This document shows, in pieces, positions 14,346 to 26,245 of a stretch of 64,000 bases of DNA (position 1 is the stretch's first letter; every line of letters starts with the position of its first letter). Under the pieces are notes generated by a model, which had not been told where the DNA came from, made no database searches, and worked only from the letters and a program-made list of their open reading frames with translations. Both the position numbers and the translations under genes were made by a program. The stretch comes from Eledone cirrhosa. Its lineage: Eukaryota. The stretch lies in contig OZ024741.1 of the NCBI GenBank assembly GCA_964016885.1, forward strand, positions 360,902,001 to 360,966,000. The letters are read 5' to 3'.

Positions 14346-17107
14346 TAAGCCCAGTAATTTGGGTGGGGGGAAACAATTACTTCAAACCCAGTACTTGACT
14401 GGTATTTTATTTTCTCGACTCCCAGAAGGATAAAAATCAAAGTTGACTTTGTTGGAATCTGAACTCAGAATATAAAGAGTTGGAACAAATGCAGCAAAGC
14501 ATTTTGTCTGACACTAATGATTTTACCAAATAATTATAATAGGGTTCTTTAATGGAGGGGGGGGGGGGGGATAATGAATTGTGTTTAGAGACTATTTTTC
14601 TGTAATTAACTATAAATCAAATTTGAAAGAAGGGTATGTGTGTTTGTAGGGGAGGGGTATTGCATTGAAATCAGTACATGCCTGGTACATGCTGCTGAAA
14701 ACAGTTGCCAAACCAAAATATTCTTTAGTCATTTTGATACCAACTTTGCAAAGCTAACTTTTGTACTATGACAAAAACCCTACATTTTGAAGGTTTACTA
14801 TTTAAATTTTCCAGCATAATTTTATATAAGGATCTGAAATTTATAATTTTAATAAATCCCTCAAAATTCTTAATTGAAATAGAGTATTTCATTAGAGATA
14901 CAGTCGCAAAAGGGTTAAAGAAGTTAGTTTTTCTTACCTCTGATATTTTCTACTTTAGGAACAAGGCCAGCAATTTGTAGGGAGGAGAAAGTCGATTAAA
15001 TCGACCCCAATACTGGTACTTTATTTTATTGACCCTGGACGGATGAAAGGCAAAGTTGACCTTGGGGGGAATTTGAACTGAGAACATAAAGAGCCAGATC
15101 AAAAAATATGAGACATTTCTTTTGACACCTTAATGATACTGCTAATTTACTGTTCTCTTAAATATATAGATGGGAAGTTGTTATGATGATAGCCAAAATA
15201 GTTTCACTGTACTGTATTTTCAAAATACAATATTCTAACATAAGATAGTTGAAGGGATCAACCCAAATGTGTAGATATTATTACTAGCTTTGTTAATAGA
15301 TATTCCAAAAGAGTTATTTCAGTGGTATTACACAACTGGATGGGTCACTAGTCCATCACAGGGTTAATTTTATTTTATCGACCCCGTAAGGAGGAAAGGC
15401 AAAGTTAACCTTGGTGGGATTTGAACTCAGAATGGCAAGGGCCGTAACTCTATACGTCAAAGCATGGCGTCCGACCCTCTACCAATACTGCCAATCCACC
15501 ATAATGATTTCAAAACTGTCTCGAAACTCAAATTGTATATTAAAAAATATCTAAAACAAATTTAAAAAAAGAAAAAGCAGGGAGCAAATTAAATTAGTTT
15601 TTGAGGTATTACTAAAAAGAAGAAAATCTTGAAGTACAAATTGCAAGGAAAAGCAATGATATTGTATTATATATACATATATAATACAGAAAAAAATGTA
15701 AACATACTTTGATTAGAATGGTGTTGAAGTGTGTACACATTTTTGAGGACACCCTGTATACACACAAACACAGACACATTTATTTATACATATATACACA
15801 CACACATATATCTGCTTCAAATAGAAGAGCTTTCTATGTAAAGGAATTACTTCAGAAAGAGGTTTGCACACAACTATAGATGTACCATACAGATGATTCA
15901 CATATTTTATATTTTCATTAACACATGAAGAAATCAATGACAGTTTCTAGTAGTGGCCCCCTTCAGTCTCTGATGAGGGGGATCAGCTTCAAAATATTAG
16001 AAATTTCCTTTAATCAGCATATTAACATATCTCAATGTTTACTCTATTTTTTGCTATTTTCATTATTGCTTAATTTCAAAACAAGAAATATATCTAAATT
16101 CTATGTTAAAGCAATATACTTTGCATATATGAGTGTGTGTATTAGGTGAATAAAAGAAAAAAATTATTACACACACACAAAGCTAATACAGAGAAGAAAT
16201 GTTTGCTCTAGACCAGTATATCTCCTTAAATTTATTTGGAAGGGTCAGAATGGTGTTGAGAAAAAATGTGTGTGATGTACTTCATAAAAAAAGTCTCTTT
16301 CTCTCCCACAGGTATAGCTGTATGGTAGTGGAAGAAGCCACAAGATGGAAACATTACAATTAAAGATACAAACCTATCATTACTTAAGATCATGTTCTAA
16401 AGAATATATGATTATATAATCATATAAGTGGTTGAACAAGTCTCATATCAAAAATAGGAGCACTTAACATAATGAAAATAGAGTTAAATATACATTTATA
16501 TTACAGCTGAGGATCAATGTTATTAAAAGTGTCATATAAATGACAATATTAAAATCATTGACTCTAAAATCATCAGACATACGGCAACATAATCTGTTTC
16601 TAATCAGTGTTAATTACATTGAGTAGAGACAGGTTATTGTTGTCTATCTGAAACTAATAGTAACATGCTTTGACACAGATTCCAAACTGTAATATATATA
16701 TAGAGATAGATAGACAATATTGAACATAGGTTTCAAAATAATTCATCTGTTACACTAATGCTGTCACAAGGTTTCATTCAAACAGAGAAAAAACCCACTT
16801 CCCTTAGTAAACAATGTTTATTATAAATAGCAAGCTTTCAGAGTCTTAGGTAAAATAAATATTTTCATCACAAAGGAGAAATGATAGAAACAAATGCATG
16901 ATATATATTTGGTTGGAGTATTGTAATAAACCACTTAGGATGTTTTAAGATTTTCTACAAAAAATATTAAGTATTTAAACTTTAAAAGGCAATCACTGTT
17001 CTGATAATAATTTATTAAGTTATAGTTAAATTACACCAACTATGGTGCTGGTTATAACAAATGTTTCAAACTCCACCAATCTAATATTTATTTATGTCAC
17101 TATGACA

Positions 17108-17305
17108 ATAATAATAATTGTTTCTACTTTTGGCACAAGGCCAGCAATTACCCAGTGCATTACTGGTACTTTATTTTATCGACCCCGTAAGGATGAAAGG
17201 CAAAGTCAACCTCGGCGGGATTTGAACTCAGATCGTAAAGGGATGTAACTATGCTGGAAAAAAAGGCGTCCAACCCTCTACCGATACTGCCAATCCACCG
17301 CCCTT
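17108..17305 (-). mobile_element. tRNA-derived SINE, representative minus-strand copy (others near 12905, 13112, 14945, 15365, 17320, 18125, 57680)
   Basis: Reverse complement of the 46588-46761 SINE, with intact A/B boxes and (ATT)n tail. Confidence 0.88.
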
Positions 17306-18639
17306 GACAGTAATAATAATGGTTTCTGATTTAAGCACAAGGCAAACAATTTGGGGGGAGGGGAAAGTCGATTAAATTGACCCTAGTGTATTACTGCTAC
17401 TTCATTTCATTGCGATCAGATGCCTCTACCAATGCTGCTAATCCACTACCCTCTGTAATAATAATAATAATAATGATGATGATCAAATGATTCAATCGAA
17501 ATAATCCATGTTGAATAAATAAAGATATATATTGTAGATATTTACTGAGATTATTTGGGTATATGTTAATTAAACAATACTTCTTTGAGCTATGTACTAA
17601 TTAACTAATGGTTAACTATAACCACAGGAGATTCTGAAATATCTAGACTTTCATGAATAAAGTCAACTGATGTTTGTGGTTGTTGTAATAAATTGATACG
17701 GAAATAATTCCAATGACAAATTCATTTGTTTAACCATTTTAATACCAAATTACCTGGAACTGCCCCAAGTTTTATGATATAAAATTGTATATTTTTTTAT
17801 TTATTTATCTATACTTGTATTTAACTGAAAACCTTCCATCACAATTTTTGTAAGAATCTTTGTTTTATGTTTGAAACACCAGCTTAATAATGAGAAAGTT
17901 AATTATAATACCTCCAAATTTGATATTTTCAAAATTATTTGAAAATCATAGGTAGTGCCTTTCCTAAGATAACGAATGAGTTAAATTGGTTATAAAAAAA
18001 ATACTAACAAAGTAAATTAAGATATCAGGATAAACAAAATAAGGTCTTAAGTTTGGCAACTCTAAATTGTTTTATAGAGCAAACATTGACATTACTTTAT
18101 ATAAAGTAATATTTAGGTAAAATAATGGTTTCTGATTTAGGCACAAGGCCAACAATTTTGGGGGAGGGGAAAGTCAATTAAATCAACCCCAGTTCATTAC
18201 TGGTACTTTATTTTATCGACCCCATAAGGATGAAAGGCAAAGCTAACCTCAGCAGGATTTGAACTCAGAACGTAAAGGGATGTAACTAAATGCTGCAAAG
18301 TATGCTCGACCTCTACTGATACTGCCAATCCAATGCCCTATATTTTATAGAATAAAAATATTTTTTTAAATTTTATCACTGCTGAATCTAATAGGCACGG
18401 AGAATCCAGCAAAAAAGTTTCTTTTCTGATTATTCAATGAAAAAAATAAAACAAAAAATATGCTACATTGGAAGGAGATTCAATTTCTATATCTCACAAC
18501 AAAATTATTCACGCAGGGGTCATCGCGCATCATTATTACTTGGAGTAAAACTAGATAACAGATTAAAAAAAAAAAAAAACACCTGTTCAATTGTTTCCTA
18601 TCTAAATAGTTAAAAAACAACAAAATGTTTAAAGTCTGT

Positions 18640-18910
18640 CTCGAGCCCAGATGTTCATCAGGCTGGAGCTTATGTTGGTTTCATTGGTGTTAAGTGAGTG
18701 AGAGCACAAAATTCTTCCTTAGATGGGATGCTAATCCATAGCTTTAACTCCCAGCTGTTGCAGCTGGTACTTATTTTCAGCTGAATAAACTGGAGCAACA
18801 TGAAATAAAGTGCTTTGCTCAAGAACACTATGTGCAGCCTGGTCTAGGAATTGAACTTATGTCATTGTAATTGTGATCTCAACACACTAACCACTAGGCT
18901 GTGACCTTTC
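18640..18910 (-). mobile_element. Second tRNA-derived SINE family (related pieces near 40110, 56370, 58600)
   Basis: Minus strand GCCTAGTGGTTAG A-box, AGTTCAATTCC B-box, then a TTCTTGAGCAAAGCACTTTATTTCA central domain. Confidence 0.7.
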
Positions 18911-19859
18911 ACTATCTAAACAGTAGTTTACAAATATTATCAACATAGTCCAGCTTAAAGAAATTGATTCAATAGAGCAACAGAAGTAAAATATTTATCA
19001 TCAAAATAATTAAAAAGAAAACCAGCTATAAATAAAGAGAATTTCAGTTTATAATAATGGCACAAATCAGATATAGAAGTGGCTTATGTCAGACCTCTTG
19101 CTGTTAATTAAGAAACAAAGAAACAGAAATCCATACACACACTCCTTTGTTATGCTGCTAATTACACATTTAAATTATCATATCCTAATATCTTAATGTT
19201 TGGTTATTTAACTTCAATCATATTGACTGAAGTATGGAAAAGAAAGGAAAGATGCTGATCATTAGACCAAATCAAAGGAAACATTTCCTTTGGTCTTTCC
19301 ATTGCTGTTAATATCTGCTGGTCACAATTCATAACAGAAGGAGGTGGGATTTGAACATAAAATGCAGAGCCAGATCAAATACTGCAAAACATTCCAATCA
19401 ACTTTTAACAATTCTGCCAATCCACTGCCCTTGAACTTGTACTTTATTTATCAACCCCGAAAAGATGAAAGGCGGAATTGGAACTGAGTGTGTAGTGAGC
19501 CAGAGCAAATATTGAGGAATTCCATCTGATACCTTAACGACTCTGCCAATTCACCGCTATTTGACTAAAGACATTTTGAATTGGGACATAATACTCTTTA
19601 AAAGAGAGACTTCAGCTTTCAATATTTAGAAAATATACTCCAATTATGATGTAAAATAAAATAAAGCAAAATAAAAAAGCTGTTCCTTCTTAAATCTGTT
19701 GGTGGAGAAAGTGTATAGGAATGAGTGAGTAAAGGTATTTTATAAGGAGGATAATAGTAGCTGGCTGGAAACACTGAATATGGATATTATTACATAGATG
19801 TAATTAAAAGGAAAGTTACCTGGATGGAACCAGAGTTGCTAGCCATGAGAAATACACTG

Positions 19860-20721
19860 TACTCAGCAGCAGAATTTAATTTATAGTTAACAAGTCATAG
19901 GATTCAAATTACATTTCGGCTTTAAACAATTTTAAGTGAGAGAAAATTTGAAGCTTCACAGTTAAAAGACAAATTTTCTCCATTTGCGTCCATTCTTTTC
20001 ATCAGAAATGAGAAAAACATTGAAAAGGGTGAGGAGTTTGGTTGAGGGAAAAAAAAAAGTGTTGGGGGGGGGGGGGGGGGGGGTTTAGCAATATTTAGGA
20101 TTATATTATATAGTGTGGTGTAGCTTTCTATGTATAGATTACAGATTTCACATTGAAGAAATAAAACCAACAAGAATAAGAAAGGGAGAGATTGGAACCA
20201 AAAGGATTGAAACTGTTGACTGAGGAACTGTATTGCAGCAGCAAACATACAGCTGTATATAATGACATAACAGTGACTGTAAAAATAGCACTGAACCAAA
20301 AGATAAATAAAAACAACAACAATGATAATAACAATAATAATAAATCTCTGCAGACTGGGACAAACGAAAGGAATATAGTGGAGTTTTTGTTCACATAGAA
20401 ATTGCTTTCATATCATCATTGCCATTATTATTATTACGTTATTACTATATCATCATTGTTGTTGTTATTTTCATTATTATTATTACATTATATTTATTAT
20501 TATTATCAAATGTTGGCTGGTTTAAGTTCTCTTCCAAAATATCAACAGAGAGTGTTCTTCCCTTGCATGACCAATGCCTAATAGGAGTAGTTACAGTAAA
20601 AAGTAGCATTAGTGTATGAAGGAACCTCAATAAAGTGAACCTTAGCTGGCAGCGAGACAAGTAAAATAATAAGACAGGTGTGTAGCAGCCAGAGAATGTT
20701 AAGGTGTCGATGCTAGTCCCC
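19860..20721 (-). other. Probable Rab4 3' UTR (end uncertain)
   Basis: Unique, repeat-poor, U-rich sequence after the stop. An ATTAAA occurs on the minus strand at 19875-19880. The 3' end is a guess. Confidence 0.4.
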
Positions 20722-20831
20722 TCAGCAGGCACAATCTGGTCTTTGAGTCTGTTGTTGTTGCCGGTGCAAACGGCGTAGTGAAGCATCTCCATACTGAATA
20801 CCGGACCCCATTCTTTCAGGATCAAGTTCAC
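20722..20831 (-). CDS. RAB4: Rab4 last coding exon with stop codon
   Basis: Long pyrimidine tract then ccag|GT, encodes (G)[50 protein letters not shown] is characteristic of Rab4; terminal CAC is a CXC geranylgeranylation motif. Confidence 0.96.
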
Positions 20832-21049
20832 CTGGATTAAAGGAAAAGAGAAGAAAAAAGAAAAATACAAATATTAACATATAAATGAATTAGCCCTTTT
20901 GTTGCCATATTTCTAATGAAAGATTCTGTCTATGACTTTCATTTAACTTTGAAAATATGTTTATTTTCAATATAGAAATAATAAAAAAGGGGAAACAAAA
21001 GGAAAGAAAGAATAGGGAAATATAGAAAGAAAAAAAAAGAGGAGAGCAA

Positions 21050-21515
21050 GAGTGAAGAAAAAGATTGGGAAGGGGAGGGGGATAGCAAGAGCTCTGGTGT
21101 CGCAGAAGAGAGGGGAGGGTTAAAGGGGGATGTTGATTGGGCTTTGGGCCTAGGGAAAGAGGGCAGAAGTGCTGTGCCCCACTGACAAGACGGCAAAAGC
21201 ATTCCCCCGGACGATGGCCAGTGACACCTGCTGCAACAGCCACCCAGCCTCGCAGGGCTCCCTCCTCAGACGGGCCGCCGACACTCCGATCTTGTGGAGG
21301 AGCTTGGCAGTACAGGGTCCAAGTACACCTGAGGTCTCGACGGCGACCGGTGCGAATAGGAAGCGGCCAGACAAACCCCGGTATTTGTTTATTTTACGTT
21401 CTTCTGCGGGGCAGACTGTGATGCCAGCGTTTGTGGCTGAAATGATGAACTTGGAGGTGGAGAATGTGTCGCAGCAGGTGACGTCCCAGATGAGGGATCT
21501 ACCTCCTTCAAATAG
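21050..21515 (-). mobile_element. CRE-clade RLE non-LTR retrotransposon 3' fragment
   Basis: Open minus-strand frame GRSLIWDVTCCDTF...AEERKINKY...FAPVAVETSGVLG...LLQQVSLAIVRGNA matches the CRE-clade endonuclease C-terminus. It interrupts a TTAA-type MITE (halves ~20890-20960 and ~21515-21665). Confidence 0.8.
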
Positions 21516-22614
21516 AATTTGAAGGGATTTAGTAACATAAGTATTTCATTCTTAAGCTGGTGTTTGGAACAAAGGTTTTTACATAACTTTCAACACAATA
21601 AAAGCAAGCAGTTCTGTATATAAAACTAAGGATGGTTTCTGGTGGTTTGGTATCAAAAGGTTTAACTTTTTTTATACAAAACTACTTGACACCACCTCTG
21701 TTTCTATATGAAATTGTTCATTTAAAAATGCTCATACTTAAATTAAAACATTTCATAATAATTTCATATAAGAACCTCTTGTTATGTTCTAGACACCAGT
21801 ATAATAATGGAAAGCTAGTTAATTTTTTAAGTATTTCCAACTTCTTGATAGATTATTTTAGAAATTAATTCAACCCTTTAGTATTTAAACTGGCCATATC
21901 TGGCCAGAATTCTCTCACCTCTTTCTGTTCAAACTAGCCATAACTAGCTGCTCATACTTATGTTAAGGTTCTGTTCTCAAAATAAATAATATCAAAATCT
22001 CGTAGATTCGATATTATGTGAGATAAAGCCTTTACTGCGAAAATACAATAATATATATAGAGTAATGCAAATGCTAAAGGGTTAAACATATAAACAGTGT
22101 ATTTCATTTGAAATATGATCATGAAAGGGTTAATGGTATAAAAAGACAGACAAAAATAATAGCAAGAACAGATTGATAGCTAACACTCCATCACACCTTC
22201 TCTTCCTATACTATCATTGTTTCCCCACTTCATACTAGTTTCATTCATATTCATATAAAGAAAATGATGATTACATACAGACTAATGTGATTTTGAATAC
22301 GTGTGTGTATACATCTGTGAATATGCACATGGATGTTGAAAAACATTTTAATCATTATTGTATATTCAAAGCTGGTTGGGAAAACAACTGAGATCAGCGA
22401 GATGAGGGGTGGGGGTTGATGGAGTGGGTAGTTAGGATGAACCTATCTGCCTCGTGTCTTTCCTAGTCTGTCTTGTCTATATTTTTAACCACCACCACCA
22501 TTATGGTCATCATCATCATTATTATATGTCTGCTTTCCATGTTGGCATGGATTGGACACGTCCAGGTGATTTCTGATTCACAGTTACTGCCTTCCTAAAA
22601 GAGTTGGAAGACTA

Positions 22615-25600
22615 CATCATCATCATCATAATCATCAACGTTTAACGTCCGTGTTCCACGCTTGCATGGGTTTGGACGGGGGTATTCCCACTTGAGGCAA
22701 GAGTGATTGTCTTGCTCGCATAGGACTGTCTGGCAGGTTTTCTACAGCTGGATGCCCTTCCTAACATCAACCACATTTACAGTGTGGGTCTGGGAGGTTT
22801 TTACCGTGTTACCTACACGGCCACATTACAGCGTGGACTGTGTTTTTTGTCGTGACACCTACACGATCTCATTTGTTTCGGCCTGGATGGTGTGGCACCA
22901 ACATAACTTTACATTGAAAGGGGCGGTGTGGATGAGGTGGGGGTGGTGGGACGGGGGGGTGTTTTGTTAGAGATGCCTACTGGCTGTAGTAGGTTTTACT
23001 ATGTATTTAGGTAAGGCAGGTCTTCTCTATTACTGAGTACTGCCAAAGGTCTCGGTCCAGTGACATTGTCTTGGAGAGGTGTAAGTGTGTGAGGTCGGAG
23101 TTTATCAGCTCGTCCCAGGTTTTTCTAGGTCTGCCTATTCCGTGGCTACCGTCTATCTTTATTGCCCTGCACTTTGTTATACAGCTATCGACTTTCATGC
23201 GCATCATGTGTCCATACCAATGTAGCCTTCTCTCGAGTAAACAACATCTGATCCCTCTTATTTCTAATTTTTTCCTTAGTTCGTTTATGCTTTGCCGTTC
23301 ACGTATATTACTATTACACATCCAGCGGAGCATGCAAGCTTCGTTCCTCTCTAGTCTGCGTATATCCTCTGCACACAATGCCCAGGTCTCACTGCCATGC
23401 AACATTGCTGTTCGTATGCAGGCATCATACAACCTGCCTTTCATTTTTAGGGAGAACCCTTTAGCGGCTAATAGTGGTATGAGCTCTCTGAACTTTTTCC
23501 ATCCAGTTCTGACTCTAGCTACTGTACTTTCAGAGCACCCTCCCCCACTGCTGATTTTGTCACCCAGGTAACGGAAGCTGTCCACTATTTCTATAGAGCC
23601 CTCTGCGCAGTTGTAAGAGCTAGTATTTTGTGGGCACTTGCTGCTACTTATTGCACCTGAGCACCGCCCACATGTAAAATCTATGTTCTTAGTTAGCTTA
23701 CCTGTGATCCCACTACATCTTTTATGCACCCATACTTTGCATTTGGGACATAAAATGGAGTTTCTACCTACGCCTTTCCTACACACTGAGCATGGCCATT
23801 TCCCGGAAGGGACAGCCGCCTTATTTTCTTTCCTACAAACTAGAACTTTAGTCTTAGCCAGGTTAATTTTAAGGCCTTTTGATTCTAGGCCGTGCTTCCA
23901 TGTTTGGAATTTCTTCTCTAGCTCGGCCATTGATTCAGCTATGAGTGTCAGGTCGTCTGCGTATAGGAGTTCCCATGGGCAGCCGGTCTTGAACTCCTCT
24001 GTTATAGCCTGAAGGGCAATAATAAATAGTAGGGGGCTAAGAACAGAGCCCTGATGGACGCCAACTTTTACGCTAAACTCTTCACTATATTCGTTGTTAA
24101 TTCTAACCTTGCTGACTGTTTCTTTATACATGGCTTGTATAGCTCTCACAAGCCATTCGTCGACACCTAGTTTTCTAAGGGCCCACCAGATAATGGAGCG
24201 GGGGACTCTGTCGAAGGCTTTCTCCAAGTCGACAAAAGCTAAGTAGAGGGGTTTACCTTTAGCTAGGTACTTCTCCTGTAGTTGACGTACAATGAAAAGA
24301 GCGTCTGTGGTACTTTTGCCTGACACAAACCCGAACTGCATTTCATCTAGGTCAATTCTCTCTCTGATTAGTTGCGCTATTACTTTTTCCGTGACCTTCA
24401 TGACCTGGTCGATTAATTTAATGCCTCTATAGTTACTCCTATCTAGGGCATCTCCTTTACCCTTATAACAGTTAACGATGATGCTGCTAAGCCAGTCCTT
24501 CGGAACAACCCCATTCTGTACGACTTGGTTAACTATCCGGGTGACCATGGTGTGTCCCACCGTGCCAGATGCCTTCAGCATCTCAGCAACTATTTCCGAA
24601 GGCCCAGCTGCCTTACCCGTCTTCATATCCTTGATTGCCTTACTTATTATACTACCCTCGACTAACACTGCTGGTCCCTCTATTGGGTCGATGTGGGGGA
24701 GACTGTCTTTCTCCCATTTATTCTCCTCATTTAGTAGCCTTTCATAGTGACACTTCCAAGCTACCTTCTTATCAGCGTCGGTGATGGCAAGTACGCCGTC
24801 ATCATTAAGTACACACTTCTCCCCGACAATATCATGGTTTTCCTTGACACATTGCCTAGCAATCCTGAACACCTCACGTTTTTGCTCCTCGCGTTGTAGA
24901 ACATGGTTGAACTTTCTTTCCTCTGCTTCCCTTCTTGCGAAGTACACTTGTCTCCTAGCTTCCCTCCTGGCCACTTGATAGTCTTCTCTACTTACCCCAT
25001 CCCGCCATACTTTCCAAGCCTGCTTTTTGGCCTTAATTGACCCCTCCACCTTACTGTTCCACCACCATGTTACTCTCCTCCTGCCAACAGGCCTGCTCCA
25101 GCCACAGACTTCATCTGTCGCCATCAGCAGGTTTGCTTTCAGAAATTCCCACTGTCCCTCTATATTGTCCGACTCTAAATGCTCTTCCTTACAGTCGAAA
25201 GCATCAAGTAATATGCTTTTAAATTTATTTCTGGCTGTGGGGTCCTTTAGCTTCCATATTTTTCTCCTGAGGATAGTCTTCTTCTGCTGTCGAGTACGTC
25301 TCGTCCTGACTATGAGGTCACTAATTATCAGTCTATGTTGGGAGGTGCATTCTTCATGGGGGAGGGATTTAGTGTTTACAACAGACACTCTGTCACGTCT
25401 TCTGGTAAGGATATAATCTACCTGGCTTGTGTGTTCCCCGGATCTATAGGTGATCAGGTGATTGTCACGTTTTTTTAAGTTAGTGTTACAGATAGTTAGG
25501 TTATTTGCGTCACAGAATTCCAGGATTCTGGAGCCTTCCTCATTTCTAGTACCAAACCCATAGCCTCCATGGATTTCGTCGTAGCCGTCACAATGTTGTC

Positions 25601-26245
25601 CAACGTGACCATTTAGGTCGCCTGCAATAATTATATAGTCACTGTCGGTTATTTGGGAAGTAGTGAGCATCAGTGTCTCATAGAATCTGTCTTTTATAGT
25701 GCCGGGCAGTCCGGATTGTGGTGCGTACGCAGATATTACTGTCACCGTAGTTCTATTGAAGACAAGTCTTATTTTAATTATTCTGTCATTCACTCTATTT
25801 ACGTCTATTATCTTATCTGCCCACTTTTCTGCTACCATGATTCCTACTCCACCCAGCCCATCGTCCTTTCCCACCCAGAAAAGCTTATAACATCGTTTTT
25901 TACCGTCAATGAATCTAGCAGACCCACTCTTCCACCTGGTCTCTTGAATACAACAAACATCGACCTCCTTACGTTCAAGCATTTCTACAACCTCGTTAGC
26001 GCGACCCTTTAAGGTGCCTACATTTATGGTACCAACTCTGAAGTTTTGGATTGCGTTTGGAGGGTGGGGGCGGTGGGGGGTGGGGGGAGATGGGGTTATG
26101 TTAGCCGTCCGTGGCCGAAACAAAGAGGAGTGCTCGCATTCTCATCCATGAGGTGAATTTGTCTTTATCTTTGGCATTGTCGCTGAGCGTCCAGATTTTT
26201 CTCTCTCTTCCACTCTCCAGGATTCCGTAGTCCATCCATCCATCA
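22615..26245 (-). mobile_element. Near full-length RTE-clade non-LTR retrotransposon in the last Rab4 intron (sense to Rab4)
   Basis: Contains the 1038-aa frame, a ~390-bp 3' UTR and a (GAT)n tail (plus strand catcatcat from 22615). The 5' boundary is placed at the ATATAT junction near 26245. No target-site duplication found. Confidence 0.93.
23007..26123 (-). CDS. RTE LINE ORF: APE endonuclease + reverse transcriptase with internal PHD-type finger
   Basis: APE motifs GTINV, IQETRW, YAPQ, AGDLNGH, VDYIL, SQHRL. RT motifs GKAAGP, YRGIKL, QFGF, FVDLEKAFDRV, GVHQGSVLSP, YADD, FRYLG. RTE C-terminal W-x-GH and GRPRKTW motifs. The track starts this ORF at TTG, not ATG. Confidence 0.93.
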   Translation of the reverse strand: MFRPRTANITPSPPTPHRPHPPNAIQNFRVGTINVGTLKGRANEVVEMLERKEVDVCCIQETRWKSGSARFIDGKKRCYKLFWVGKDDGLGGVGIMVAEKWADKIIDVNRVNDRIIKIRLVFNRTTVTVISAYAPQSGLPGTIKDRFYETLMLTTSQITDSDYIIIAGDLNGHVGQHCDGYDEIHGGYGFGTRNEEGSRILEFCDANNLTICNTNLKKRDNHLITYRSGEHTSQVDYILTRRRDRVSVVNTKSLPHEECTSQHRLIISDLIVRTRRTRQQKKTILRRKIWKLKDPTARNKFKSILLDAFDCKEEHLESDNIEGQWEFLKANLLMATDEVCGWSRPVGRRRVTWWWNSKVEGSIKAKKQAWKVWRDGVSREDYQVARREARRQVYFARREAEERKFNHVLQREEQKREVFRIARQCVKENHDIVGEKCVLNDDGVLAITDADKKVAWKCHYERLLNEENKWEKDSLPHIDPIEGPAVLVEGSIISKAIKDMKTGKAAGPSEIVAEMLKASGTVGHTMVTRIVNQVVQNGVVPKDWLSSIIVNCYKGKGDALDRSNYRGIKLIDQVMKVTEKVIAQLIRERIDLDEMQFGFVSGKSTTDALFIVRQLQEKYLAKGKPLYLAFVDLEKAFDRVPRSIIWWALRKLGVDEWLVRAIQAMYKETVSKVRINNEYSEEFSVKVGVHQGSVLSPLLFIIALQAITEEFKTGCPWELLYADDLTLIAESMAELEKKFQTWKHGLESKGLKINLAKTKVLVCRKENKAAVPSGKWPCSVCRKGVGRNSILCPKCKVWVHKRCSGITGKLTKNIDFTCGRCSGAISSSKCPQNTSSYNCAEGSIEIVDSFRYLGDKISSGGGCSESTVARVRTGWKKFRELIPLLAAKGFSLKMKGRLYDACIRTAMLHGSETWALCAEDIRRLERNEACMLRWMCNSNIRERQSINELRKKLEIRGIRCCLLERRLHWYGHMMRMKVDSCITKCRAIKIDGSHGIGRPRKTWDELINSDLTHLHLSKTMSLDRDLWQYSVIEKTCLT

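Noticed and set aside
20445-20870. 141-aa minus-strand ORF over the last Rab4 exon
   Set aside because: Wrong frame; the spliced Rab4 frame (20722-20831) explains the sequence.
22590-22614. Target-site duplication for the full-length RTE
   Set aside because: The 3' flank (aagagttggaagacta) was not found at the 5' junction or within 26245-27300.
23071-26012. Several plus-strand ORFs of 60-166 aa, recurring at other loci
   Set aside because: Antisense shadows of the RTE ORF; they recur only because the LINE is repeated.
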